A stretch of 12,921 nt of DNA from Candidatus Heimdallarchaeota archaeon (GCA_019057635.1 DXJL01000197.1:1-12921); one strand, 5' to 3'; shown: positions 1-10,042, numbered from the stretch's first letter. Program-made: numbers and translations. Notes: generated by a model from the letters alone, not told the origin.

Positions 1-171
1 TTATGGTTAAATGCAGAGAATGAGGAATTAAATAAGAAGTATAAGAACCATTTCCATTTTAGAGAACCGATTGATCCTGAAAAGATTATTGCTCGACTTA
101 AAGCGGGGATTCTTACGATTACAGCTCCCTATGCGAACAAAAAGCCTAAAACAAAAGTTAATATTGAATAA
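1..171 (+). CDS. Small heat-shock protein (Hsp20/alpha-crystallin family), 3' fragment; start lies upstream of the window
   Basis: Not in the ORF track. Frame 1 is open from base 1 to TAA at 169-171 and reads LWLNAENEELNKKYKNHFHFREPIDPEKIIARLKAGILTITAPYANKKPKTKVNIE. IDPEKIIARLKAGILTITAP matches the alpha-crystallin beta8-beta9 signature (A-x-x-x-x-G-I-L-x-I-x-x-P), and the tail VNIE is the sHSP I/V-x-I motif. It lies directly upstream of cdc48. Confidence 0.88.
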   Translation, partial: LWLNAENEELNKKYKNHFHFREPIDPEKIIARLKAGILTITAPYANKKPKTKVNIE

Positions 172-189
172 AGATCATATAGAGATTAA

Positions 190-2415
<2,226 letters not shown>

Positions 2416-2427
2416 GTTGCAATAAAT

Positions 2428-2449
2428 CTTTCTCCTCTCTTTTTTTCTT
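2428..2449 (+). terminator. Pyrimidine-rich/oligo-T archaeal-type terminator candidate after cdc48
   Basis: CTTTCTCCTCTCTTTTTTTCTT begins 13 nt after the cdc48 stop and contains a T7 run. Confidence 0.5.
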
Positions 2450-2496
2450 AGCTTCAAGTAAAACCTTTTTAGAGGGTAGATCTCTATAGAGAAATT

Positions 2497-3285
2497 ATGC
2501 GAGCCATTCATGATTTTGAGATACGCGACATTGCAGATGTTGACCTAGCTGGAGGAACACTAATTGAGTGTTTTCCTTCAACAAGTAGTTTAGCTTTGAT
2601 AGTTGCTAACATAATTCTAGAGGCTGGTGGGAGACCTGAACATTGGAATTATGATCAGGTAGCTGTAGGAGATAGTAGTCAATTACCATCCGTTTGTATG
2701 GTATATTTCAATAGACCCAAATTTCCTATCCGCATTTATGCAAATAAAAATGAAGGGACTAAAATCGCGCTTCTTGCCTCAGAAATTCCCCAGTATGCTC
2801 CCATTACTCGTGAAATTGGAAGAAAAATTTTTAACTGGGCAAAAGAAAAAGGAATCAGTCGGATATTATCCATAGAAGGATTCGTTAGTGAACAAGCACA
2901 TTCTCCACAGCAATTACCTGTGAAACTTTTCGGAGTGGGTACGACTGATTCATGTAGAGCGATTTTGGACTCTAAACAAATTCCTCCCTTGAACCATGGT
3001 GTGATTAAAGGATTAAGTGCTGTTTTACTTAATGAAGGATGGTTCAATAAATCTGAGGTTATTGTTTTATTGGGGGAAGTACGACAACATTATCCTGAAA
3101 TACGAACAGCTGCCCGTATTATTGAAGTCTTAAATCAACTAGTTCCATCTTTAAACATTGGGATAGAACCAATTCTAGCTCAGGCTGAAAAAATTGAACA
3201 ATTAGCCCTATCGATGAGAGGACAAGCTAGTGCTGCGGTTGATGATGAAAAACAAATTGGTAAACCAGATAAAACGTACATCTAA
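2497..3285 (+). CDS. PAC2-family proteasome assembly chaperone-like protein (archaeal PbaA/PbaB type)
   Basis: Pattern of the PAC2 family: TLIECFPS (usually LIEGFPG), S-x-x-LP-x-V, FPIRIY, LLASEIP, IFNWAKEKGISRILSIEG, LFGVGT, GVIKGLSAVLL, YPEIRTAARIIEVLN, then a C-terminal helix. It ends in KTYI with a penultimate Tyr. Confidence 0.85.
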   Translation: MRAIHDFEIRDIADVDLAGGTLIECFPSTSSLALIVANIILEAGGRPEHWNYDQVAVGDSSQLPSVCMVYFNRPKFPIRIYANKNEGTKIALLASEIPQYAPITREIGRKIFNWAKEKGISRILSIEGFVSEQAHSPQQLPVKLFGVGTTDSCRAILDSKQIPPLNHGVIKGLSAVLLNEGWFNKSEVIVLLGEVRQHYPEIRTAARIIEVLNQLVPSLNIGIEPILAQAEKIEQLALSMRGQASAAVDDEKQIGKPDKTYI

Positions 3286-3297
3286 CTAGATAATCAA

Positions 3298-3621
3298 TCA
3301 ATTAATTTGCTCTACTAAATCTGCTAATTGAGCTTGTAACTCTTCAGAGCCATCGCCAAGTGCGGACAGTTTTTCCCATGCCTCAGTTGTCAAAGCGAAG
3401 GTATGGAGACGGCTAGGAAGAATTAAATTCCATTGATAAGCTCCCATCTGAAAACTAGGGGCTTCTTCTAAAATAATGCTGAATTCAAGGGATAATTGTA
3501 GATAAACTCGCTGTTCTGTTGGAGTTAGTTCACTTGAATCGACAGGAGGAGGGAATGTGGTAATTAAAGGCATTTTACGGTTTTTTAAACTAGATTCATC
3601 CACGGGTTCCTCAAAACTCAT
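3298..3621 (-). CDS. Hypothetical protein, 107 aa, acidic
   Basis: Fills the gap between the PAC2 gene and serS with no overlap. It has an ATG start with SD-like AGGTGA 7 nt upstream and a TATA-like TTAAATA near 3659-3665 on the minus strand. No family recognised. Confidence 0.7.
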   Translation of the reverse strand: MSFEEPVDESSLKNRKMPLITTFPPPVDSSELTPTEQRVYLQLSLEFSIILEEAPSFQMGAYQWNLILPSRLHTFALTTEAWEKLSALGDGSEELQAQLADLVEQIN

Positions 3622-3739
3622 GAGTATCTCACCTAGATGAAGTTATGGTCAAAAAGCCTATTTAAGTGAATCTGATACAATTTTTCGCAGAACATAAATT
3701 AATCGCTTTAAATTGCTTTACAACACCCAAATCTCATAC

Positions 3740-3772
3740 TAAAAAGAAGAAAAATGATAAGAGGAGGTGAAT
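3740..3772 (-). terminator. Pyrimidine-rich/oligo-T terminator candidate after serS
   Basis: Minus strand reads ATTCACCTCCTCTTATCATTTTTCTTCTTTTTA just after the serS TAG. Confidence 0.45.
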
Positions 3773-3778
3773 CTCTCT

Positions 3779-5059
3779 CTATTCAACTAATGCAATCATC
3801 GATTTTCCGTGCATATACGGGCGTAATACTTCAGGTATTACAACGGAACCATCTTCTTGCTGGTAATTTTCCAATAGAGCACATATAGTTCGTTCCATGG
3901 CAATTGCAGTTGAGTTCAAGGTGTGGACAAAAGTTTTTTCTCCACCAGCTTTTCCTGTAGTGACATTCAACTTTCTTGCTTGGTAATCGGTGACATTTGA
4001 ACAAGAAACCAATTCTCGGTACGCATTTTGAGCAGGGAACCATGCTTCAAGGTCATATTTTTTTGCTGCATTGGCATTGAGTTCACCTGAAGCGATGTTA
4101 ACTATGCGATACGGGAGTTTTAGTCCTTGAAATAGAGCTTCCGCGTTCCGAATCATTTCCTCTTGCATCTCTTCTGATGATTCTGGATGTGCAAAAACGA
4201 ACTGTTCAACTTTCATGAAATGATGAACTCTAAATATTCCTTTTGTGTCTTTCCCATGTGATCCTGCTTCCCTTCGGTAGCATTGTGAGAGACCGCAATA
4301 TTTTCGAGGAAGAGTATCCACATCAAGTAATTCATTCATATGCAATGCAGCAAGTGTTTGTTCTGAGGTAGCAATGAAAAACACGTCCTCATTCTTATCA
4401 TAGTACAATTGTTCCTCAAAATCTGATAATTCGCTAGCCCCTTCCATAACATTTCTTCGAAGAAAGGGAGGTGTCCAGAAAGGAGTAAATCCTTTTTCTG
4501 ACAATACCTGTATTGCATACTGAATCAATGCAAGGTTTAGAAGTACCAGATCATTTTTCAGGTAAAATGTTCTTGAACCGCTCACTTCAGCCGCTTTTCC
4601 GAGCTCTGCTAAATCAAGCGATTCTACTAGATCCGTATGGCTTTTTATTGGGAACTTAAATTTAATCTTGTCCCCCCAAGTTCGAATTGTTACATCACCT
4701 TCCTCATTTTCAGCGATTGGAACTCCAGGTAATAGAATATTTCCTATAACATATCTCAAACTGTCCCGCTCTTCAAGAATTTTATTACTCTTCTTCTCAA
4801 TTCCTACAATATCGGTCTTGATTTTATTAACTCGTTTCATTAGAGAAGTAATATCTTCCCCTTTCTTTTTAAGTGGACCAATCTGACGACTAATTGTATT
4901 TCGTTCTTTACGAAGATCATTAACTTGTTGTAACAGCTTACGCCATTGTTCATCTAATTTAATCACTTTATCCACGCGTAAGACGTCATTAAAGCGCTTT
5001 TTTTCTGATTCACGGATAATTTCTGGATTCTCACGGAAAATTTTAATATCAATCATCAC
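3779..5059 (-). CDS. serS: Serine--tRNA ligase (class II, standard type-1 SerRS)
   Basis: N-terminal MIDIKIFRENP plus coiled-coil tRNA-binding arm, ATSEQ, motif 2 YRREAGSHGKDTKGIFRVHHFMKVE, KKYDLEAWFP, ELVSCSN, and motif 3 HTLNSTAIAMERTICALLENYQ. The start is GTG 5059 or the adjacent ATG 5056. Confidence 0.98.
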   Translation of the reverse strand: MMIDIKIFRENPEIIRESEKKRFNDVLRVDKVIKLDEQWRKLLQQVNDLRKERNTISRQIGPLKKKGEDITSLMKRVNKIKTDIVGIEKKSNKILEERDSLRYVIGNILLPGVPIAENEEGDVTIRTWGDKIKFKFPIKSHTDLVESLDLAELGKAAEVSGSRTFYLKNDLVLLNLALIQYAIQVLSEKGFTPFWTPPFLRRNVMEGASELSDFEEQLYYDKNEDVFFIATSEQTLAALHMNELLDVDTLPRKYCGLSQCYRREAGSHGKDTKGIFRVHHFMKVEQFVFAHPESSEEMQEEMIRNAEALFQGLKLPYRIVNIASGELNANAAKKYDLEAWFPAQNAYRELVSCSNVTDYQARKLNVTTGKAGGEKTFVHTLNSTAIAMERTICALLENYQQEDGSVVIPEVLRPYMHGKSMIALVE

Positions 5060-5079
5060 AAATTACCTTAGGGGATTCG

Positions 5080-5097
5080 TATATATTTTAAATTTGT
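5080..5097 (-). promoter_or_regulatory. TATA-box candidate for serS
   Basis: Minus strand ACAAATTTAAAATATATA ends about 24 nt before ATG 5056, the spacing expected for a leaderless or short-leader archaeal transcript. The AT-rich background lowers specificity. Confidence 0.4.
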
Positions 5098-5224
5098 AAA
5101 CGAGTTAAAACTAGCGAGAAAATAACTAATTAAATTGTTTTACGTTTAATTCGATGTAAAAAGGAATTCAACTTCTGTTTTCTATGATTCAAAAATGAAA
5201 ATAGATGAAAGTTTGCTCTTTCGT

Positions 5225-6607
5225 CTATCGTAAAGGATCTGCATCAACATATTTCCAAAAAATAAATACAGAAACCAGGATAATAACAGAGGCGAGTGGG
5301 CCAAATAATAGGTAACCTTGGGAAAATGTTCTTCCTGCATAATTAGTAACAGATGGGAAAAAATCAATCATAACCCCAATGAGTAAATACCCTACAAATT
5401 GGAAGATATTCAAGGGGATGGATTCAAACCCATAATACATACCTGCACGACTTTCTCCTGTTTCTTGTTCATCCTTCTCTACGATATCACCAACAATTGC
5501 ATAAGGGAGAAGATAATATGCCGATAATCCACCAGCAGCTAGTATAGCAAAAATTATGCCTTGTACGAGAAGCGGAAATGGAATAAATTCAAGTTGGCCA
5601 ATAAACATCATTAGAGGCATGACAAATGCAAGATAGATCATTGAGTAAATGTAACTTTTTGTTTTGCCGTATTTTGGATTAGATCCAACTCTTGCCCAGA
5701 ATACGTACCCAGTAAAGATACTCAGTAATAAAACAACACCAAAAATAAGATAATCCACAGTACCAAAGCCGAGTACATCCTGAATCCAGGCTAAAACAAT
5801 TCCTAGTAGTCCTGAAATCATGATCGATAAAGTTCCGCGAGCTAAAGTCCAAGAAATATAGTTGTGGTTCGAGAATACGACTTTTAACTCTTCACGGATT
5901 GGCGGTTGAGGGATGAACACCTTTTTTTCGTGAATTACAAATAAGGAGGGGATAAAGAAGACAATAACTGAAGTTGCAAATATAAGGACAATAAACGTGA
6001 TGAACATTCCATTGGTCAGAAAGGGGAGAAGTTTGTTTGCTTCTTGAAAAGCTGATGGAGTAAATTCTTCTGATGAAGCACCTATTATAGCTGGTATTAG
6101 GAAAGAAGTTCCAGCACCAATGACAAACGCGATTAAATTCACTGTATTCTGGTAACCACTTACCTCAAGCCTCTCTTGTTCAGTTGTGATCTCAGGAAGC
6201 CATGCTTGATATGGAGTAAGTAAAAATCCATATAACGCCTGGTAAAGGGAATTAAAGATTAAGAGATAACTAAAGATTACCCCAGTATCAGTTACTCCAG
6301 CGATGAATATATGAGGCGAGTACAGCATAAAGAAACACACGGCTAAGAGAGGGGCACCTATTAGAATGAAGGGCTTTCTACGTCCCCAACGTGTTTTAGT
6401 ACGATCAGAAATGTACCCTGAGAGATAGCTTGTAAGAGCAATTACTAATTTTCCAATGGCTACACCCAGAAATGCGAGAAAGGGGTCCTCCGATAAACCA
6501 AAAAATGCATAATAGACAAAACCAGTAAAAAGATCAGCCATATCAATAGTAATAGATGATCCAAGTCTTCCTATACCATAACTTGCTTTTTCTTTGAATG
6601 TTAACAT
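5225..6607 (-). CDS. MFS transporter, glycoside-pentoside-hexuronide (GPH/MelB-like) family
   Basis: About 12 hydrophobic segments; N-terminal KEKASYGIG; loop motif GYISDRTKTRWGRRKPFIL; PYQAWLPEIT..QER; C-terminal IVGDIVEKDEQETGESRAGMYYG. The ORF-track GTG 6616 is part of SD GGTGA, so ATG 6607 is preferred. Substrate unknown. Confidence 0.92.
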   Translation of the reverse strand: MLTFKEKASYGIGRLGSSITIDMADLFTGFVYYAFFGLSEDPFLAFLGVAIGKLVIALTSYLSGYISDRTKTRWGRRKPFILIGAPLLAVCFFMLYSPHIFIAGVTDTGVIFSYLLIFNSLYQALYGFLLTPYQAWLPEITTEQERLEVSGYQNTVNLIAFVIGAGTSFLIPAIIGASSEEFTPSAFQEANKLLPFLTNGMFITFIVLIFATSVIVFFIPSLFVIHEKKVFIPQPPIREELKVVFSNHNYISWTLARGTLSIMISGLLGIVLAWIQDVLGFGTVDYLIFGVVLLLSIFTGYVFWARVGSNPKYGKTKSYIYSMIYLAFVMPLMMFIGQLEFIPFPLLVQGIIFAILAAGGLSAYYLLPYAIVGDIVEKDEQETGESRAGMYYGFESIPLNIFQFVGYLLIGVMIDFFPSVTNYAGRTFSQGYLLFGPLASVIILVSVFIFWKYVDADPLR

Positions 6608-6650
6608 GATTTTCACCGAAAAAAGATGTACCAGATTGAAGATAGGTTGG

Positions 6651-6705
6651 TTTATTAACTGAAATTAAAAGAATTTCGGCATTCTTAATGAGAACTAATT
6701 ATAAG
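6651..6705. promoter_or_regulatory. Divergent promoter region with TATA-like boxes for the MFS gene (-) and the crotonase gene (+)
   Basis: Head-to-head gap of about 124 bp. TTATAAG at 6699-6705 (+) lies 26 nt before ATG 6732, and TTAATAAA lies at 6651-6658 on the minus strand. Confidence 0.4.
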
Positions 6706-6731
6706 AAATTTTCAAACAGCAGGTATGATTC

Positions 6732-7481
6732 ATGTTAAAAATAACAATTAAGCAAAAAATCGCTGTTATTGAATTAAATAATGAAGTAACAAATGCTATT
6801 GGCCCTACATTGGTCTCTGCACTAAGAGCGAAATTACATGAGATGAGTAGTGATGATGAAATAAGAGCTATCATCCTAACTAGCGCTAATACGAAATTCT
6901 TTTCTATCGGACTTGATATTCCCGAATTATACGAATATTCTAAAGAAAAATTTACCCAATTTTATACTGCATTTAATGAATTATGTATGGAGATATATAC
7001 CTACCCTAAACCGACTATTGCAATGATAAATGGGCATGCCATAGCTGGTGGGTGCATCTTGGCGCTTTGTTGTGATTATAGATTTATATCTCAGGAAAGG
7101 AAACTAATGGGGTTGAATGAAATTAAATTGGGAGTCCCAGTACCTTATCCAGCATTACAGATTCTCGATAATATGATTGGATCAGAGCATACAAAAGATT
7201 TTGTTTATATGGGTGAATTTCATCCACCTGAATCCCTTCTAGAAATTGGAATTATCGATGAAATAATTCCTCCTGATGAATTATTTGAATATTCATTGGA
7301 TAGATGCCAATCATTGGGTAAAAATCCGTCATTAGCGTTTGCAAAAATCAAACTTGATCTAAAAATGCCAGTGATTGCGCAAATAAAAACAGAAATAAAC
7401 TCTCATATCTTATCATTTGTTGATAGTTGGTACAGTCACGATACACGAGTCCTTCTAAAGGAAGCGATGGGGAAATTCTAA
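6732..7481 (+). CDS. Enoyl-CoA hydratase/isomerase (crotonase) family protein, most like delta3,delta2-enoyl-CoA isomerase
   Basis: FFSIGLDI (first oxyanion-hole segment) and PKPTIAMINGHAIAGGCILALCCDYRF...MGLNEIKLG. Only the second catalytic Glu (GLNE) is present. Confidence 0.93.
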   Translation: MLKITIKQKIAVIELNNEVTNAIGPTLVSALRAKLHEMSSDDEIRAIILTSANTKFFSIGLDIPELYEYSKEKFTQFYTAFNELCMEIYTYPKPTIAMINGHAIAGGCILALCCDYRFISQERKLMGLNEIKLGVPVPYPALQILDNMIGSEHTKDFVYMGEFHPPESLLEIGIIDEIIPPDELFEYSLDRCQSLGKNPSLAFAKIKLDLKMPVIAQIKTEINSHILSFVDSWYSHDTRVLLKEAMGKF

Positions 7482-7511
7482 CAGTCAACCAACAAAAGCT
7501 GGGAATTTCAA

Positions 7512-8720
7512 ATGACTGTATACTTTGCATTTTTATTGCATATCTATCAACCTCCTGTACAGATAGCTCCTGTTGTTAAAAAGGTTGTCAATGAATCCTA
7601 CCGTCCCCTTGTTAATGCTCTTAAAGAAAATCCTCTGGCAAAGATTAGTTTAAACATCAATGCCACTTTAACAGAGCAACTTGATGATTATGGATATGGA
7701 GATATTATAGAAGGGATAACAACATTGGCATCTCGGAATCAGATTGATTTCACAGGTTCTGCAAAGTTTCATCCTCTTTTACCCCTTATCCCAGAACCTG
7801 AAGTAATTAGACAAATTCGGCTGAATAATGAAACTAATAAGAAATACTTCGGGAGTGTGTATAAGCCAAGAGGCTTTTTTCCTCCTGAAATGGCTATTAG
7901 CGAGGAAATTTTTCCTGCGTTAAAAAAATTAAAGTTTGATTGGGTAATTGCATCAGGGATCGCAAATACTTTGCCTGATTTTCCCACCACAGTGATCTCA
8001 CAGCATCTTTCAAGTGGGATACATCTTGTTTTTCGAGATGATTATATTTCCATTGATTGTGCTTTTGATAAGCTAAATAATGTAGAAGCTTTTGCTAACC
8101 GACTGAAGTACAAAGCACAAGATCATGATTATTACATCATTCTCGCAATGGACGGAGAAACATTCGGACACCACGTTAAACATTCTATTAAAGACTTTTT
8201 ATTACCATTGTTCCATGATTTACCCTTAAGACAGGATATTCGTTTGTGCACAGTATCTGAAATCGTCAATAAATTTCCTAAGGGGGAGAACCAAACACCA
8301 AGAGCCTCTAGTTGGAGTACCATGCCTTATGATTTAGAGAGAAATGTACCCTTTCCTTTATGGTTTGAACCGTCAAACGTATTGCATCAAAAGCAACATC
8401 AGTTCATAATGTATGCCCTTACGACCGTTAATCTCCTTCAAAAATACTATGAAATAATGGATTCAGATCAAAAACGATTATTTGATAATGCTCGGACCTT
8501 TTTAGATCGTGGAATACATAGCTGTCAACAGTGGTGGGCTTCCAAAAGACCATGGTTTTCTCCTGATATGATTCTTCGGGGATTAAGCGAGATATTGCTT
8601 GCTAGTGTAAATGCTAAAAGGTGTGTTCCATTAAACGTTCTTTCTGATGTTCCTGAAACGATTTCATTAATTCTAGAAGAAATGCTTCAGATACATAAGG
8701 AAATTGTCTTATCCTTATGA
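7512..8720 (+). CDS. Glycoside hydrolase family 57 (alpha-glucan-active enzyme; exact specificity unresolved)
   Basis: GH57 conserved regions: HIYQP, ESYRP, HPLLPL, GFFPPEMA (nucleophile Glu), AMDGETFGHH (acid/base Asp), SSWS and HSCQQWW. Confidence 0.93.
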   Translation: MTVYFAFLLHIYQPPVQIAPVVKKVVNESYRPLVNALKENPLAKISLNINATLTEQLDDYGYGDIIEGITTLASRNQIDFTGSAKFHPLLPLIPEPEVIRQIRLNNETNKKYFGSVYKPRGFFPPEMAISEEIFPALKKLKFDWVIASGIANTLPDFPTTVISQHLSSGIHLVFRDDYISIDCAFDKLNNVEAFANRLKYKAQDHDYYIILAMDGETFGHHVKHSIKDFLLPLFHDLPLRQDIRLCTVSEIVNKFPKGENQTPRASSWSTMPYDLERNVPFPLWFEPSNVLHQKQHQFIMYALTTVNLLQKYYEIMDSDQKRLFDNARTFLDRGIHSCQQWWASKRPWFSPDMILRGLSEILLASVNAKRCVPLNVLSDVPETISLILEEMLQIHKEIVLSL

Positions 8721-8740
8721 AGTAAAATGAGTTTTAATTA

Positions 8741-8768
8741 TAAAAAAAGGGAAGAAAAGTGAAGGAGT
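8741..8768 (-). terminator. Pyrimidine-rich/oligo-T terminator candidate after the gelsolin gene
   Basis: Minus strand reads ACTCCTTCACTTTTCTTCCCTTTTTTTA just after the stop, within the 52-bp convergent gap with the GH57 gene. Confidence 0.5.
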
Positions 8769-8772
8769 ATAA

Positions 8773-10002
8773 TTAAACATATTTGCGTCCTTCTTCTCTA
8801 TATCTTTTTACTCGCTGTTCCATGTCCTCTTCCCCACGAACTTCTTGAAGATCACATTTTATACCAATTCTGTAACCTGCCTTAACAGTGAAACCTGCTT
8901 TACAAATACCTCGTGCTTGGCGGCCTGCAGTCCTTTGGGTTATCAAACCCGACCCCTCAGTAAAAGCAAGAACAGCTGTCTTTGTAGATTCATTAATCTC
9001 AAGGGTTGCAGATTCGTTCCCGCCTAATTCAGTAAATTCACCATCAACATAGTATAAAGTATATTGGCTCTTTCGAGATGGTACGGGGGCTGTAGGAGCT
9101 ACTCCGAAACCAGTTTGAACTGGTTGGGGTGTAGGTTTGGGTTCGGGTTTAGGCTCATCTTTTATTGGAGGAGGCTTTGGAACATATTGTTCTTGTCGTG
9201 GTGGACCTGAAATTTCACTTGTTGAAGTACTGGAAGGTGGAGGAGCTAATTCAGCAGGAGGTGTTACAGGTTCTACTGGAGCAGTTAGATCAGCGAGAGA
9301 ACCACTCATACTTGCTTGAATAGCGGATGAATCGTCTTCCCGTATTAAATCGCTACCGCTTATGGAATTAAAAAGATCCCAAAATCCCTCTGGTTCGTAC
9401 CCTTCACGAATTTGGTAGACCATTGGGGTTCTGTCGCGATCTACATCTAATTTCCGGGCCACACGATTTCCTGCAACTTTTTCACCAATCTGTGAGCTGG
9501 CACCAACCCAGACATACAGATCATCGAACGCATCCAATACAAATACGTCATCAGAGACAAAGCTTTCACGTTTCAAAGGCACTTTTTCAATTGCTATATC
9601 ATCTGATGATGAACCATCTGAAAGATCAGTATCACGGACTCTGTAGAGAGCATAGCTAATGTCTTCTTTATTTACTTCTACGTGTTTTAGAAACCCAGGT
9701 GTGTCTCCTGTCACGACTACGAATTCTAATAATCCTTTAAACTCAGCTGATTCATTTCCTTCGACTTCAGTGTCGATATCTATTTCTTTATCAGCGAGAT
9801 CCAATTGTTTTGCAGCCCAAGCACCAACTGCTCTATCATCAGCATATGCTTGAGATCCTAACCAGATGAACACCTTTTTCTTGAGGCCTGCGGAGACATC
9901 AGAATTATCGATGATATAAACGTCCCCATTCAAGAATTCAAAGGATCCATTTTTCTTGTTTATTTCAACTAGTTTTTTTCCTTGAACATGTAACACACGC
10001 AT
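8773..10002 (-). CDS. Gelsolin-family actin regulator: two gelsolin domains, Pro-rich linker and an extra C-terminal domain
   Basis: Domain 1: FLNGDVYIID..VFIWLGSQAYADDRAVGAWAAKQLD..EVEGNESAEF. Linker: GDTPGFLKHVE. Domain 2: LYRV..VPLKRESFVSDDVFVLDAFDDLYVWVGASSQIGEKVAG..IREGYEPEGFWDLF. These follow the gelsolin G1/G2 consensus. ATG 10002 is preferred over the ORF-track TTG 10008. Confidence 0.9.
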   Translation of the reverse strand: MRVLHVQGKKLVEINKKNGSFEFLNGDVYIIDNSDVSAGLKKKVFIWLGSQAYADDRAVGAWAAKQLDLADKEIDIDTEVEGNESAEFKGLLEFVVVTGDTPGFLKHVEVNKEDISYALYRVRDTDLSDGSSSDDIAIEKVPLKRESFVSDDVFVLDAFDDLYVWVGASSQIGEKVAGNRVARKLDVDRDRTPMVYQIREGYEPEGFWDLFNSISGSDLIREDDSSAIQASMSGSLADLTAPVEPVTPPAELAPPPSSTSTSEISGPPRQEQYVPKPPPIKDEPKPEPKPTPQPVQTGFGVAPTAPVPSRKSQYTLYYVDGEFTELGGNESATLEINESTKTAVLAFTEGSGLITQRTAGRQARGICKAGFTVKAGYRIGIKCDLQEVRGEEDMEQRVKRYREEGRKYV

Positions 10003-10025
10003 GAACAATCAACCTTTAATGTGAA

Positions 10026-10042
10026 TTAATAAGTAGTTTTCG
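10026..10042 (-). promoter_or_regulatory. BRE-TATA promoter candidate for the gelsolin gene
   Basis: Minus strand CGAAAACTAC-TTATTAA: a purine-rich BRE-like element followed by a TATA-like box ending about 24 nt before ATG 10002. Confidence 0.45.

Noticed and set aside
3761-3770. Strong SD-like GAGGAGGTGA on the plus strand (anti-SD-like TCACCTCC in the serS 3' region)
   Set aside because: No suitably spaced plus-strand start with a real ORF follows. Pairing with the SD of the 107-aa gene would be only 6-7 bp over about 130 nt and across a likely terminator. It is not an rRNA fragment.
8773-8787. Gelsolin C-terminus RKYV as a proteasome-docking HbYX motif
   Set aside because: The residue before Tyr is Lys, not hydrophobic, and there is no functional context; probably coincidence.
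9137-9319. Gly-rich 60-aa plus-strand ORF resembling a glycine-rich peptide or bacteriocin
   Set aside because: It is simply the antisense reading of the gelsolin Pro-rich linker: CCN codons yield GG-rich antisense codons.
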